A stretch of 64,000 nucleotides of DNA from an uncultured Pseudomonadales bacterium (GCA_947503335.1 CANNCY010000004.1:258305-322304), one strand, 5' to 3'; counted from the first letter of the stretch, positions 29,665-43,300 are shown. Notes: a model not told the origin generated them from the sequence alone. Translations and numbers: made by a program.

Positions 29665-30132
29665 CTACCAATGAGCCTGTTCAAACAGCTGCATAAACAT
29701 TTGTTTAATTCGAATTACTCCTGCTTGGGGTAGATCCATAGCAATACCAGTGCCGTTTTCTTGAATCAGCGATAGACGAGTCATCTCTGAGGACTGCACT
29801 TCTAACACGTGCTTGATTGCTAGAGGATAGGTGTCGACTTGCGAGATGCATTCGTTATTGCGACTTAATCTTGTCTGAGAGTTCTCTACCGCTCTCTTTT
29901 CAGCATCGTTAACGGCTTCGCTGACACCCACATCTTGACTGTCGTCTGCATGAGTGAGTCGCTCAATGAGTTGCTGTGTCTCAATTTGTGCCTGCACCGA
30001 TGCACCTAATTGAACTAGTATCGACTTTGCAATGCGCCGCGTAATCCACCAGTCAGGTTGCGTTACATCAAGCCCAGTCTTAAGCAATACACGATCTTGT
30101 CTAGAGTCGTAGGTAATTTCTAGTGCACTCAT
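29665..30132 (-). CDS. Hypothetical cytoplasmic protein (155 aa), no recognised domain
   Basis: The ORF starts 1 nt after the stop of the 389-aa gene. No signal peptide or TM. Confidence 0.4.
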   Translation of the reverse strand: MSALEITYDSRQDRVLLKTGLDVTQPDWWITRRIAKSILVQLGASVQAQIETQQLIERLTHADDSQDVGVSEAVNDAEKRAVENSQTRLSRNNECISQVDTYPLAIKHVLEVQSSEMTRLSLIQENGTGIAMDLPQAGVIRIKQMFMQLFEQAHW

Positions 30133-30133
30133 A

Positions 30134-31303
30134 TTAAATCAAGTCGTCAAGACCACCTTGTTGGGGATCAGGGCGATCAAGGTTGGTATGCTCATGATCA
30201 GGCGTGTCGGCGAATACATCGGGTTCAGCTGAAATAGCAGCTTCTGCACTCGTCCAGTCGCTAATAGCTGCGTCGTCTTCAATCGCTTGTGTCGATATGG
30301 ATGCTTGAGGCGCTGAGTATTCAGACGAGATATCTAGCGTCAGCTCTGCTTTGGCACCTTCGACCGGTTGTCCTAACGCCGATAAACCTTCAAATTTGAT
30401 CGATTGAGGCCCCGATGCATCAGGGCCTAGCGACAAGTTAATGCTTGCGTCTAAATTGCCAGACACATGAAACTCGCCAGGATTTACTTCAATGCCTGCG
30501 CTTACTTTGGCGCCAACAGGTAGATCGTAAATAGAGACCTGATCTACTTGTTCAAGTGACGTAATGTCAGAAGGTATAGAAATAGCGAATTCTGAGTCGG
30601 GCGGCGCGGTAAGATCAAATGACGATTCTGGTTCAGCAGTGTTCACAATAGCTGGTTCGTTAACATCGATACTATCGCTCGGTTCTTTAGCCTCTGTATA
30701 GCGTGGCGACACCATAAAGCGCTCGGCAAAGCCAATGGGTTCACCGCTATTTTCTTCAGCTCTGGCAAGCGAGAATTGATGGTTAAAAACAGATCCTTGG
30801 TCAACGATTTCGATGTCTACAATAGGCTTGTCAGGCGCGTCATCGCCTTGTTCTGATAGCTCAAACTGAAACACATCATCGTCTATTCGATTGATCGTTG
30901 CAGCATCACTGTGAACATTGTGAATCTCGGCCACGCTCGATAGTTCGTCAGCTACTGTGCTAAGAATATCCGCAGTTGATAGCGTAAGTGGTGCATCGAA
31001 CGGCATGGTTGCGATGGGCAGGTCGAGTAATTCAACGACCGGGGCAACGTCAAAATCCAGACGAGCGGTGATCACCGACGAGTCTTGTTCTGCCTCGATC
31101 GATAAACCCACCTCACCGCCAAAATCAGGGTCAGAGAAGTAAACCCAACTATCAGGCCCTTCACTGATCAACGTGCCCGACTCGCCAATCTGTTCAATAT
31201 TGCGAATCTGAGCATGTAACTCTAGCTGTGCAATCGACGCGATAATGTCTTTACTTGTAAAAGCCAACTCGCCTGATTCATCAACTCGCCATCTAGCCAT
31301 CAT
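30134..31303 (-). CDS. Acidic 389-aa protein sharing the C-terminal domain of the giant adhesin (candidate second T1SS substrate)
   Basis: Good SD (AGGTGA) upstream of ATGATG. No signal peptide. Its last 151 aa or so align without gaps to the last 151 aa of the 6,990-aa protein (see findings). Confidence 0.6.
   Translation of the reverse strand: MMARWRVDESGELAFTSKDIIASIAQLELHAQIRNIEQIGESGTLISEGPDSWVYFSDPDFGGEVGLSIEAEQDSSVITARLDFDVAPVVELLDLPIATMPFDAPLTLSTADILSTVADELSSVAEIHNVHSDAATINRIDDDVFQFELSEQGDDAPDKPIVDIEIVDQGSVFNHQFSLARAEENSGEPIGFAERFMVSPRYTEAKEPSDSIDVNEPAIVNTAEPESSFDLTAPPDSEFAISIPSDITSLEQVDQVSIYDLPVGAKVSAGIEVNPGEFHVSGNLDASINLSLGPDASGPQSIKFEGLSALGQPVEGAKAELTLDISSEYSAPQASISTQAIEDDAAISDWTSAEAAISAEPDVFADTPDHEHTNLDRPDPQQGGLDDLI
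30137..30589 (-). other. Homologous C-terminal domain in the 389-aa protein
   Basis: ...ISIPSDITSLEQVDQVSIYDLPVGAKVSAGI...ISSEYSAPQ...AIEDDAAISDWTSAEAAISA...QQGGLDDLI. Positional matches to the giant protein tail over the full length. Confidence 0.55.
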
Positions 31304-31347
31304 CTATCACCTATGCAAGCGCAGCGCAAAACGTGCCGTACTGATCT

Positions 31348-34300
31348 TTAAATGTAGTCGTTCGGATCGTTATCGCCTCCATTGTTTTGATCAGGGGTAT
31401 TGTCTTCTGCACCACCGGTATCAGCGAGTGGGTCAACACCGCCTGCGTCAGCAGCGGCAGTAGTCCAGTCGTCTGCAGCAACGGTATCGTCAATCGCCTC
31501 TGCGTTGTCTGCGCTGCTACCATCAAGCGCGTAGTCGCTGCTTACTTCAACACTGGTCGTTGCCTCTGCGCCATCAACAGGGTTGTTTAACTGATCCATG
31601 CCCTGAATATCTAGAACCGCAGTACCTTCAAAGTTGTCTCCAAGGGTCATCGAAACCGGCTGGCTTAGATCGCCACTTAACGTGTAGCTACCATCGCCGT
31701 TGTCTATGCCGCTTGATAGAGTGGCTCCCTCTGGTAGACCTCCAATTACAACCGAATCAACAGAAGCATCACCCGAGATATCGGTCGGAATCGATACAGA
31801 CACCGAGCCGCCAGGAGCTGCTTGGGCGTCAATGCCATCGGCAACGGCATCAGGGCGAGTATCCCCTGATAGTGATGCCTGAACCGTCTCGGTGCCGTCA
31901 CTAACATCAAAGGTCATATCCACTTCGCCCTCATGGTTTTCATCAGCGACTAACGTATAGGTGCCGTCGCCATTGTCGGTCATGGTGGCGTGATCAGACT
32001 GGAAGTTACTAACGGTGAGGTTATCGCCATCAACATCGCTAACATTCGCTAATAGCTCTTCTAGCGTGAATGTTTGCGTGCCCGTTTCGACGAGATCAGC
32101 CTCTACAGCACCACTTACCTCAGGTGCATCGTTCTCTGCTGTGATCGTGAGATTGATGTTACCCGTGCCACTGTTATTGGCGTCACTAGCGCTTACTTGA
32201 AGCTGTACCGTGCCGTTATAGTCAGGGTCACTCCAGAAGGTGTAGGTGCCGTCGCCATTATCGATGACCGTACCGGCATCAGGGTCAACGGTTACATCGT
32301 CGATGCTGCCGGTACTATCTACTGCACCCACTTGATCAAGTAGTTCGGCGGTGGTCAACGTAAGCGAGCCGTCTTCTGCCATGGTGTATTCGGCTGGGTC
32401 AGGGTCGGCGATCGCTACATTCAATTGGCTTTGTATCGTGCTGGTACCATCGGTTGCACTAAAGCCAATGGCCACGTCACCGGTAACCCCTTCATCTGGG
32501 GTAAAGGTATAGGTACCGTCGCCATGATCAAGAACAACGCCTTCGCCGCCAATTACTTCGACGCCGCTAATACTGAGGTCATCACCATCGGCATCGTTAA
32601 CCGTGCTCAATAGGTCTGCATCAGTAAAGTTGAGGCTGTTACCAGCATCAATGTTTGTTGTGATTTCGGTGTCGGCGGTAGGTGCACTGTTGCCGCCACC
32701 GGCATTATCAAACACTGCAATCGAGCTTTGCGCATCTGTGCTGTTGCCGTTTTCGTCGACCACTAAGAACGCCATACCCACTTCGCCCGAGAATCCATCA
32801 GCCGGAGTAAAGGTGTAGGTGCCGTCGCCGTTATCAACCAAGTCACCCTGCGAACGATCTGCAAGATGGGCGAGTTGAACACTATCGGTTTCGCTGGTCT
32901 CAAGGCCTGACATTTCGAGTAGATCGGCCTCGGTAAAGGTAACCGGCTCGCCTGCATTGGTCTCAAAGTCACCGACAGGAACAGTACTACCATCGAGATC
33001 GGTTACTTGTTCGTCACCGTAGTCAATGGTGGTTGCACTTACCGTTACCTCAAAGGTGCCTGCCCAGTTTTCGGGTGGCGTCATCGCAATGTTTTCGGTA
33101 TCCCAACCGGTCACGTCGACATACTGATTCTCTTCAGTAATAGTAATCGTGTTGGTGCCATCGCTTAGTACGAAACCAACAGGGAAGCCGGTAATTGCTA
33201 CGTTACTAATTGATTCACTGTCATCAATTAAGCCGACACTGAAGCTAAAGATGCCGGTTTCATCTTCGGTCATCACAATCGGCCCATCTTGGGTGCGAGT
33301 AATTACCGCGCCATCGGCTACTGGGCGAATATAAACCGGTAGGTCTAGCGTGGTCTCTTCAGTACCATCGGTGACCACAAGCTCTAACTGAGGAATACCG
33401 GCAAAGTCTTCAGCACCCACGTAGGTGTATGTGCCGTCGCCGTTATCGGTAAGTGAACCCTCTTCATCGTCGGGTAAGATCACCCGCGAAATAGCAACCG
33501 TGTCACCATCGACATCGCTAAATAGATCAAGCATGTCATCGGCGTTGAAGGTGATCGCGCCGTCTTCTTCAATCGCTAGATGAGCATTACCCGACGCAAA
33601 GGCAGCATCGTTGACCGGCTGAAAGTCAGTATTTAAAGTACCATCGGTCGTGGTGGTGCCATCACTGATTTGGTAATCGAGTTCGATTACCCCGTTAAAG
33701 TCTTGTGATGCCACTAGTTGATAGGTGCCATCCTGCTGTTGGTTTAACTGCGCGTTTTGGGGCTGACGTACACTCAGATTAGTAAGTGTTAGATCATCGC
33801 CATCAAGATCAGTCGCCTGAGCTAGAATAAACGCAGGGTCGATGGTGAGTACCTGATCTTCGGTGCCGACCAGTTCTACGGTAGGCGCGTCAGGGGCATC
33901 GTTAACACCTTCGACGTTTACGTTATAGGTTGCACTGGTGGTAGCTTCGCCATCGGTCACGTCATAGCTAATTGCGATCTCACCGTTAAAGTTTTCGGTG
34001 GGCGTAAAGCTAAAGGTACCGTCGCCGTTATCAACCAACGTTCCTTGCGAGTCATCCTCCATGGCAAGATTTAGAGCTGTTAGCGCATCGCCATCGATAT
34101 CACTCGCATTCTCCAACAAATCTTCTTGAGTGATCGTGATAGTGCCGTCTTCTTGCATGCTAGTAGACGAGCCAGCGCCACCGGCTGCAAAGATAGAAAT
34201 ATCATCAACAAAGTGTTCTGCAGTTGAGCCACCTGTACCGCCGGCGAAGGCGGCTTTTACAGAGTCGGGTAGGTTAATACCGTTGTCTGGCAGAGAATAG

Positions 34301-37300
34301 TTTTCGATCTCGGTAACAAAGGTTGTGCCGCCATCGTAACTTAGCTGAACATTAAGCACACCTTCGGGTGAGATATCGATGTTAACCGGAATAGTCTGGT
34401 TATCGATAACGTCGTTACCTAAGTCGAACGTTTCAACTACACCGTTTGGCCCAATCAGCTGTATCGAATCGCCCCACCATTCTTCAAAGGCAATACCGAA
34501 TTCCATGCCGTCCATGCCCTGAATACCCATGCTGCCGCCAGGGTTGCCAGCTTCAAAGTTATTGCCATCAATTTGATCGCCGTTAACTAACACAAAGCCC
34601 ATGCCGTCGCCGTTATCGGTGGCCGACTGGTTACCCATGGTAAAGCTAACCTGAATACCCTGGTCAGAGGGCATCTCTTCATCATAAAGAATCGCGCCAG
34701 CCTGCTGACTTGTATCTTCAGTTAGCGTTACTTCGCCGTCAGCGATAGTTGCGTCGCCCGCTGCAACCCATCCTTCAGCGTTGCCGCTAAAGTCTTCGCT
34801 CATGTCGATGCCACCAGCGACAACTGGGCCATCGTTCACCGCATTGACGGTGATATCGACGCCGCTTTGTACCGTAGAGCCATTACCGTCAGAAATGTCG
34901 TAGGTAACATCAAGCGCACCATTAAAGTTGGCATCGGGCGCGATCGTAAAGCTGCCGTTGCCATTGTCGGTTACTGTCGCATTAGCAACCTGCAAATTAC
35001 TTGCGGTTAGATCGTCACCATCAGCATCGGTCGCGTTGGCGAGTAGTTGCTCTTGGGTAAGGGTTAGCGAACCATCTTCGTCGATCGTGGCGGTGACATT
35101 ATCGCCTACCACAACAGCATCGTTTACTGACTCAACTGTGGTTACATGCATTGCTTGCACTGTTTCAGTGCCGTCAGTTGCATCAAAGGTGAATGCAAGG
35201 CTGCCATTAAAGTCGGCATCGGGGGCAACAGTAAAGGTACCATCGCCGTTATCTTGAATTGTTGCTTCGGTTGACCCCGGTGCTAGCTGCAAGTTACTCG
35301 CCGTAATGTCATCACCGTCGATGTCGGTAGCGTTGGCTAACAGATCATCTTGGGTGATGATTAGAGTACCATCTTCGTTAACGGTGCTACTTGATACGTC
35401 GACACTTGGACCATCGTTGACCGCTTCAACAGTAACATCCAAAGTATTACTAACAGGGTCGCCGTTTCCATCACTAATGGTGTAGTCGATCTGTATGTCG
35501 CCATTGAAGTTAGCACTAGGTTCATAGGTAAAGCTGCCGTCGCCGTTATCGGTTAGGGTACCGTCGGCACCATCTGCCAACGATACCGATGAAACGCTGA
35601 TAACATCACCATCAACATCGTTTGCGTTGACCAATAGATCAGCGTTGGTGAATGTATAGCTGCCGTCTTCTTGCATGGTAGCCGACAGTGGGTCACCAGC
35701 TGTTGGCAGGTCGTTGACATTGGTTACTTCAACATTGATTGTGCCCTGAGCTTGACCACCGTTACCATCATCAATGGTATAGGTCACTGGCATCGTGCCA
35801 ACAAAATCATCATTACCTGTGATCGTGTAGGTGCCATCGCCATTATCCACGAAGGTACCGTCATCGCCATCGTAGCTCATATTGGTAATGGTTAGGGTGT
35901 CACCATCAACGTCAGATACGGGTAAGATGTTAATAAGTTGCGCAGGGTCAACCACAACAGACGCTTCTTCGGCTTGGCTAACTGCAACGGCGTTGGCGAC
36001 TTCAGGTATATCATTTACAGGGTTAACGGTGACATCAATACCTGATTGCACGGTTGAGCCATTACCATCACTAACATCAAAACTAACGTTAAGTGAGCCG
36101 TTGTAATCGGCATCAGGTGCAACCGTGAATGAGCCGTCACCATTATCAGTAACGGTTGCATTTTGTACCTGCAAGTTACCGGCAGCAAGATCATCGCCAT
36201 CAACATCAGTTGCATTAGCGAGTAGATCATCTTGAGTCATGGTGAACGAGCCGTCTTCGTCAATCACCATGGTGAGCTCGGCGCCAACTTCTACAGCGTC
36301 GTTTACTGCAACGATATCCACACTGATGGTCTCAGAATTAGTTGCTGTACTGTCACCGTCGGTTGTAGCTGCAGTCGCAGTGATAGAGATTTCACCGCTA
36401 AAGTTTTCGGGTGGCATCAAGGTAAGATCTGCAAGATTCCAACCGTCGACATTAATCGAGCCACCATCGCTTTCTGGCGTATAGCTATTAGTGCCATCAG
36501 ATAGCGTTACACCAGCTGGGATATCACTTAATTCTAAACTTAAGGTTTCAGATCCGTCGGTATCAACAAGAGTTGCCGATAGATCAACGTTGACCGCAGT
36601 GTCTTCGTAATGGGTGTCATCAGTTTTCTGGGCGACAACACGAATGTTGTCCATGATGCCACCGGCACCATCATCGCTGTGTGAATTAAAGATGATGGTT
36701 GGATTGTCGACCGTAGCAGTGAAGGTAAATTCATACGAACCCCAACCCGCGCCATCAACTGGCTCAACATCAAAGGCTTCGAAACCGTTCTCAGTTTGAA
36801 CGCGAATATGGATGCCATCATCGCCCGTTGCGCCAGCACGTGCGGCTGCATCAAAGCTAAGGGTGAAGGTGTCACCTACCTCAACACCATCAGCATCTCT
36901 CATGATGCCTGCCCAACTTGAATTGCCGTACGTCTCTAGCTCAACTACCTGACCGTGATCACCGGTAGCAAATGCGCCTAAGTATGCAGACTCATCATTT
37001 ACTTCAATGTGATTTGATGGGGTAGCAGTTGCCCATCCCCATTGATCAATGTCGGTTAAGCCAGCGGTGATGTCTTCAAAATCTTCATTAAATATTTCAG
37101 TCTCAATAATATTCGCAGCAGGTTCTATGGCAAATGCCAACTGTGCAGCATCTGCAACTTCAACCACATTTAATGTGGATGCAAATTCTGCAGTAGTCGT
37201 GCCATCAGATAGTGTGATGGTTAGATCAGCAGCACCTGCGAAATGTTCATCGGGTGTGATAGTAAAGGTACCGTCGCCGTTATCGACAACCGAGCTATTT

Positions 37301-40300
37301 CCATCAGAAGAGCTGATTGATGCCACTGACAAAACATCTCCGTCGACATCAGAGGCGTTAGCTAAAATATCAGCAGCGTTAACGGTAATCGCGCCATCTT
37401 CTGATGTATTAAAGTCAACACGTGTCATTACAGGCGCATCGTTAACTGGGTTAACTTCTAAGAATGCATTGCCGGCTGTTGCGTCGGTGCCGTTACTTAC
37501 ATCGTAATCAAACTGCACCTGTCCATTGAAATCAGCATCAGGTATAAATGCATAGGTGCCGTCACCGTTATCCACAAGGGTACCGGCGTCTTCACTGGTG
37601 AGTGTGAAGTTTTCAATCGATAGCGAGTGGTCAGCATCACTCGCGTTCGCAAGTAGCTGCTCGTCAGTAATGGTAATTGAATTGTCTTCATCAACACTTA
37701 GGTTTGTATCGTTGACGATTGTTTCATCATCAACTGACGTAACGTTAAAGCTTAGAGTGGCCGACTCGCCCGCTAAACCATTTTCGTCAACTGCATGGAA
37801 CCCAATGTCTACTAAACCATCTCCATGGGCGTTTTCGTCTGGTACGAAGGTAAGTTGGTCAAGTTGTGATTGGGTAAGATTGTCGCCAGGCTGCACTTCT
37901 TGATTGCCATTTACTAATCCGTCGATTTGTTCGGCTGTAAGAGCATCGTCAAAGACTTCAAAGTTTGCCAACGAACCAGCGAACGGTTGATGGTTACCGA
38001 GGCCATCATCGTCATGATCAAAGTTGCCCACTTCACTGATAGAATTCGTTACTTGGTGTGCCGATGAACCAACGAACTCGCCATCAATATAGAAGTGCGT
38101 CTCGCCACCTTCACCCACGGCGGTCAGATTGTGGAATTGACCGTCGTTGTGATCTGAATTCAGAAAGAAACCAGAACCAAAAAACTGTGAATGATCATTG
38201 CTGTAAACACCAATTTCATTCGTGGTGCCGTGTAGTAAGATATGATGATTACCGCCGTCAGAGACGTCGCCGCGTGTCAACGTACTCCATTGACCATCAT
38301 TAAGTTTGGGGTTTTGGAAGTCAACCGAGACAGTCCATGACTCGCCCATCTCTACGTTGGTGTCTAGATCGATAACGTCTGTATCAGGAGAGTCGAAGGT
38401 ATAAACCTGACCTAGCTCAGCATCATTTGTAACTACTACTCCATCTGCGCTGCTGTTTGTCGTAGTATCAAGAGTAAAGTTTGCTTCGGGTAGACTAGTG
38501 TCATAACCCAAGATCAGGCTACCCTCACCATCAATACTGTCAATGGTTACGGTGTAATCATCGCCATCAGCATCGGTTACTGGGAAGTCAGCAGAACTTA
38601 GTTGATAAGCGGTGTCTTCTGTGGCGGTGATCGTGTTATCACTCGCCTGAGCGGCATCGTTGACGGCGGTAACTTGAGTCACATGCATTGCTTGCACGGT
38701 CTCGGTGCCATCCGTTGCATCAAAGGTAAAGGCTAGTTCGCCATTAAAGTCAGCTTCGGGAGTGACGGTAAAGGAGCCATCGCCGTTATCCTGAATCGTT
38801 GCCTCAGTTGACCCTGGAGCAAGTTGCAGATTGCTCGCGGTAATATCATCGCCATCGATATCAACGGCATTCGCAAGTAGGTCATCTTGAGTGATAGTTA
38901 TGATGCCATCTTCGGCAACATTACTAAGCGACGTGTCAACAGTAGGGCCGTCATTTACTGCCGTTACGGTGACATCGATATTACTTTGAATTGTAGAGCC
39001 GTTGTTGTCGGTTACATCAAAGGTTACATCTAAATCACCATTAAAGTTCGCATCTGGTGACACAGTGAATGTGCCATCACCGTTATCGGTGATAGACGCG
39101 TTGCTCGACTGCAAGTTCTGAGCGGTTAAGTCATCACCATCAAGATCACTCGCGTTGGCCAGCAGTTGTTCCTGCGTCATAGTGAACGAGCCGTCTTCAT
39201 CAATGGTTACGGCAAGGTTGTCACCGACCTGAACAGCATCGTTCACTGCATTGATAGTAATTGGAATATCCATGGTGCTAGTAGCTGTGTCACCACCGGC
39301 ATCGGTTGCGGTCGCAGTTGCTGTTAAGCTTGCATCGCCATTAAAGTTTTCAGGCGGTGTCATGCTTAGATTCGACAGATCCCAGCCTGACACATCGACG
39401 CTATCTTCATCAGCCGTTGCCGTGAAGCTATTAACACCATCAGTTAGCACCGCGTTTTCAAGAAGGCCGCTGATTTCTACTTCGAGTGATTCTGAACCAT
39501 CGTTATCGGCAAGGGCTGCCGAAATATCAATCGCTACCGCGTTGTCTTCGTCAGCAGACAGATCGGCTTTAGTTACTGTAACGCGATCGAGTAGGGCGCC
39601 TGCGCCATCATTGAATGCCGCTTGAAACTCGAAGCGAGGATTATCTTCGGTAGCGGTGAGCGTGTAACTAAAGGTTTCAAAACCGATCTCAGGAATCATC
39701 TGATCGATCTCTTCGCCTTCGAAGAAAAGCTTCACATGGTTTGACTGCGGGTCAAGATTATTACGACCCGACATATCAAACTCGATGGTAAAGGTTTCAC
39801 CGGCTTGTATGTCTAGATCCTTCCATAGGTTACCTGCGTCGTTACCATAGCCTTCTAGTTCAAGAACGGTACCTTCGGTTGAACCGGTGACTCCATAGGT
39901 TCCCGAGGCCTGGTTTACTTCAACGAGGTTATTAAAGCCAGCTCCACCGTCGCCACCCGTATTATCAGTAGACCACCCCCAAACAGCAGGGTTCTGCCAT
40001 CCAGATTCAGTAACGGTAAACGAGTGCAATGGTGTTGTATCTAAGTTCAGCGCCAAGAACGGCTCATCAGCAGTTCCTGCCACCTCGACACTTGAGCTAA
40101 AGGTAGCGGTGTCGGTGCCATCTGAAATAGTAATTTCTAAGTTATCGGTACCGGCAAAGTTATCATCGCCATACAGCGTGAAGGTGCCGTCACCGTTATT
40201 CAAAATAGTGGTGTTACCATCGGTTGAGCTGATGTCAGTAACTGACAACGCATCGCCGTCTACGTCTGATGCATTCGCCAAAATGTCGGCCGCGTTGATG

Positions 40301-43300
40301 ACTAAGCCTTCATCTTCTGTCGCGCTAAAGGTGACTGCCGAATCAAGCGTAGGTAAGTCGTTAACAGCACCTACATTGACGTTACCGTTGGCAGCCGTAA
40401 GTTCGGTGCCGTCATCAATTTGGAACGTAAACGGTACTTGGCCATTAAAGTCGTCGGCTGGCTCAAAGTTCCAAGAGCCATCACCATTGTCGGTTAACGA
40501 ACCAAAGCTTTCGTCAATTGAAAGGTTAACTGCAGTTAGTGCATCGCCATCAATATCAGACGCATTTGTTAGTAGATCAGCTTGAGTAATAGTGAGGCTA
40601 GTATCTTCGGTACCATTTAAACCAACAGCAGTGCTGGTAGCCGCATCGTTAACCGCAGTTACATTAATGTTTAGCGAGCCGTCGACTGTACCTGTGCCAT
40701 CATTGATGTCGTAGCTAAGGTTTAACTCGCCATTAAAGTTTGGATCAGGATTAATAGTAAATGAACCATCACCATTGTCTGTGACCATGGCTGGCCCATC
40801 GATCGTCAGGTTCTCTGCCGTTAGGGGGCCGCCATCAATGTCTGCGGCGTTAGCTAATAGGTCATCTTGTGTAACTGTAATACTGTTATCTTCTAATGTG
40901 TTGGCAGTAACCGGTGTTGTGGTCGGTAGGTCATTAACTGCATTTACAGTGAGATCTAAACCAGCCGATACCGTTTCAGTACCATCGGTTACATCAAAGC
41001 TAACATCGATCTGGCCGTTCCAATCGGTATCGGGTGTGATTGTAAAGGTGCCGTCGCCGTTGTTGACAACTGATGCGTTGCCATCGATTGAGAGATTCTC
41101 AGCAACCAAAGTATCGCCATCAACATCTGATGCATTAACCAGCAAGTCAGCTTGAGTAAGAGTAATAGATCCATCTTCATCGACAGAAGCAGCCGCATTT
41201 TGGCTAACCACTGGCGTATCATTGGTACCCTCAAAGTTAAAGCTAACATTAGCGGTAGCTTTCGCACCCTCGTTATCAATGATTTCATAGGTAAACTGCC
41301 CAAGTACTTGCTCACCTTCAGCCAATTGAAGAACCGTAGCGTTAGGGCTAAATTGAACCTGTTCTTGGCCGTCTATTTCAACAACCGAGACTGCGCCAAT
41401 AACATTGCCATCAGCGTCTACTACGTCAGATAGTGTGATAATCGAAACATCACCTTCGACGTCTGAATCGTTTGCCAGCACATCAAAGTTAGTGATCACA
41501 TCATCAGCAGCGATAACTCCATCGATTAAATATTCTGCTTCGACGGTAGGGGATCCCCAAACAGTAGACGTAATTTCGCCATCGGGGCCCTCGGCATTAA
41601 ATGGATTGTCTCCATTAAACTGGTGATGGAATAAAGCATCTTGACCATCAATCGTATCACCACCCATCATTTGCTGAGCATCGTCAGCTGATGCGCCGTA
41701 CCCATCATAAACCTGAACGTCTTTGATTTCGCCAACCATTGGGTTGTGCGTCCAATCATCACCTATTACAACAACATCGCTCCAGTCAAATCCTGAAGTA
41801 CCCATGCTGCCCTGTGCAGCAAGTTCACCATCGATAAATAGGTTTTGATTATCGCCATCAAGCGAATAGGTAATGTGGTGCCACTCGCCATCAGCGAGGC
41901 TGCCAACATTTGACTCTATATGTTGCGCTCCTACACCTGATTGCCATGCATAGGCTTCAATGTTGCCATCAGCATCCATAGAGATCTGTCGATCAGCACC
42001 ACTTGAATTATAAGTACCTACCGAGAATAGGCCCTGTTCGCCTTGGTTTTCAGGGTCGACCTTGACCCACATAGAAACCGTAAACTCGCCATTGTCGGCG
42101 TTAGCGCCACCAGGAACGCCAATTGAGCCGCCGCCAGGTAGTTGCAGTGCTCCGCCTGCTTCACCATCGTCGACTGCAACCGGCCCATCGTTTACAGCAT
42201 TAACCGTGATATCTACACCAGATTGCACCACCTCGGTGCCATCTGAGATATCCATGCTGAAGTTAAGCTCGCCATTGAAATTCTCATCTGGCGTAATGGT
42301 GTACGAACCGTCACCATTGTCTGCAAGCGTAGCGTTCGCAACACTGGTTAAAGTAGCAGTAAGATTATCGCCATCGACATCTGATGCATTGGCGAGTAGG
42401 TCGTCTTGAGTTAATGTAATCGAACCATCTTCATCGATGGTGTAACCGACATTACCACTGACATCAGCTGCATCATTTACTGCAGCTACTGTTAGGCTAG
42501 CGCCTGATTCAACCACACTGCCTTCTTGGTCAGAAACACTGAAGCTTATGTCTACATCGCCATTGAAGTTAGCGTCTGGCGTAACAGCAAATGATTTATC
42601 ACCGGTATCAGGATCGATTACGGTGTTAAAGGTAGCGTTAGGAATCTGTAAGTTAGTAACGATTAGATCTTCAGAATCAAGGTCACTTGCGTTGCTAAGC
42701 AGGGCAGCTTCAGTAATTGTAAACTGAGTATCTTCAGTTGCGTTAAAGCTAGGTTCGTTGCCCGCATCAATCACTACCGCATCATTCACTTCTTCTACCG
42801 TGAAATTAAGTTGTGCAGTTGATGTTTCGGTATCACCGTTTTCGTTTTCAATTGATGTCGCGCTGATATCTAAGGTGACATCGCCACTAAAGTTTTCAGC
42901 GGTGGTAATGGTCAGTGATGATAAATCCCAATCACCAACTTCAACACTGTCGGCCTCAGCGGTTGCTGTAAATGTGTTGCTGCCATCGGTTAGCACCGCG
43001 CCTTCAGGAATAGCCGCAACCTCAATTGACTGCATCGACTCTGAACCATCGGTATCCACAAGGGCGGCATCAATATCCAAAGTAATCGCAGTATCTTCAT
43101 CGGTCGAAGAAGGTTCAGATATACGAATAACATCAAGTACTGCACCGCCGCCGTTGTGTGAAGGCGAATCTAGTTCAAGCCGCGGATTGTCGGTTGTTGC
43201 GGTTAAGGTATAGGTGTGTGACTCCCAACCTACTTCTGGCAAGATTGAATCGATCAGTTGTCCTTCAAAATAGACATCGACCTGAGAATCTGCGCCGGCA

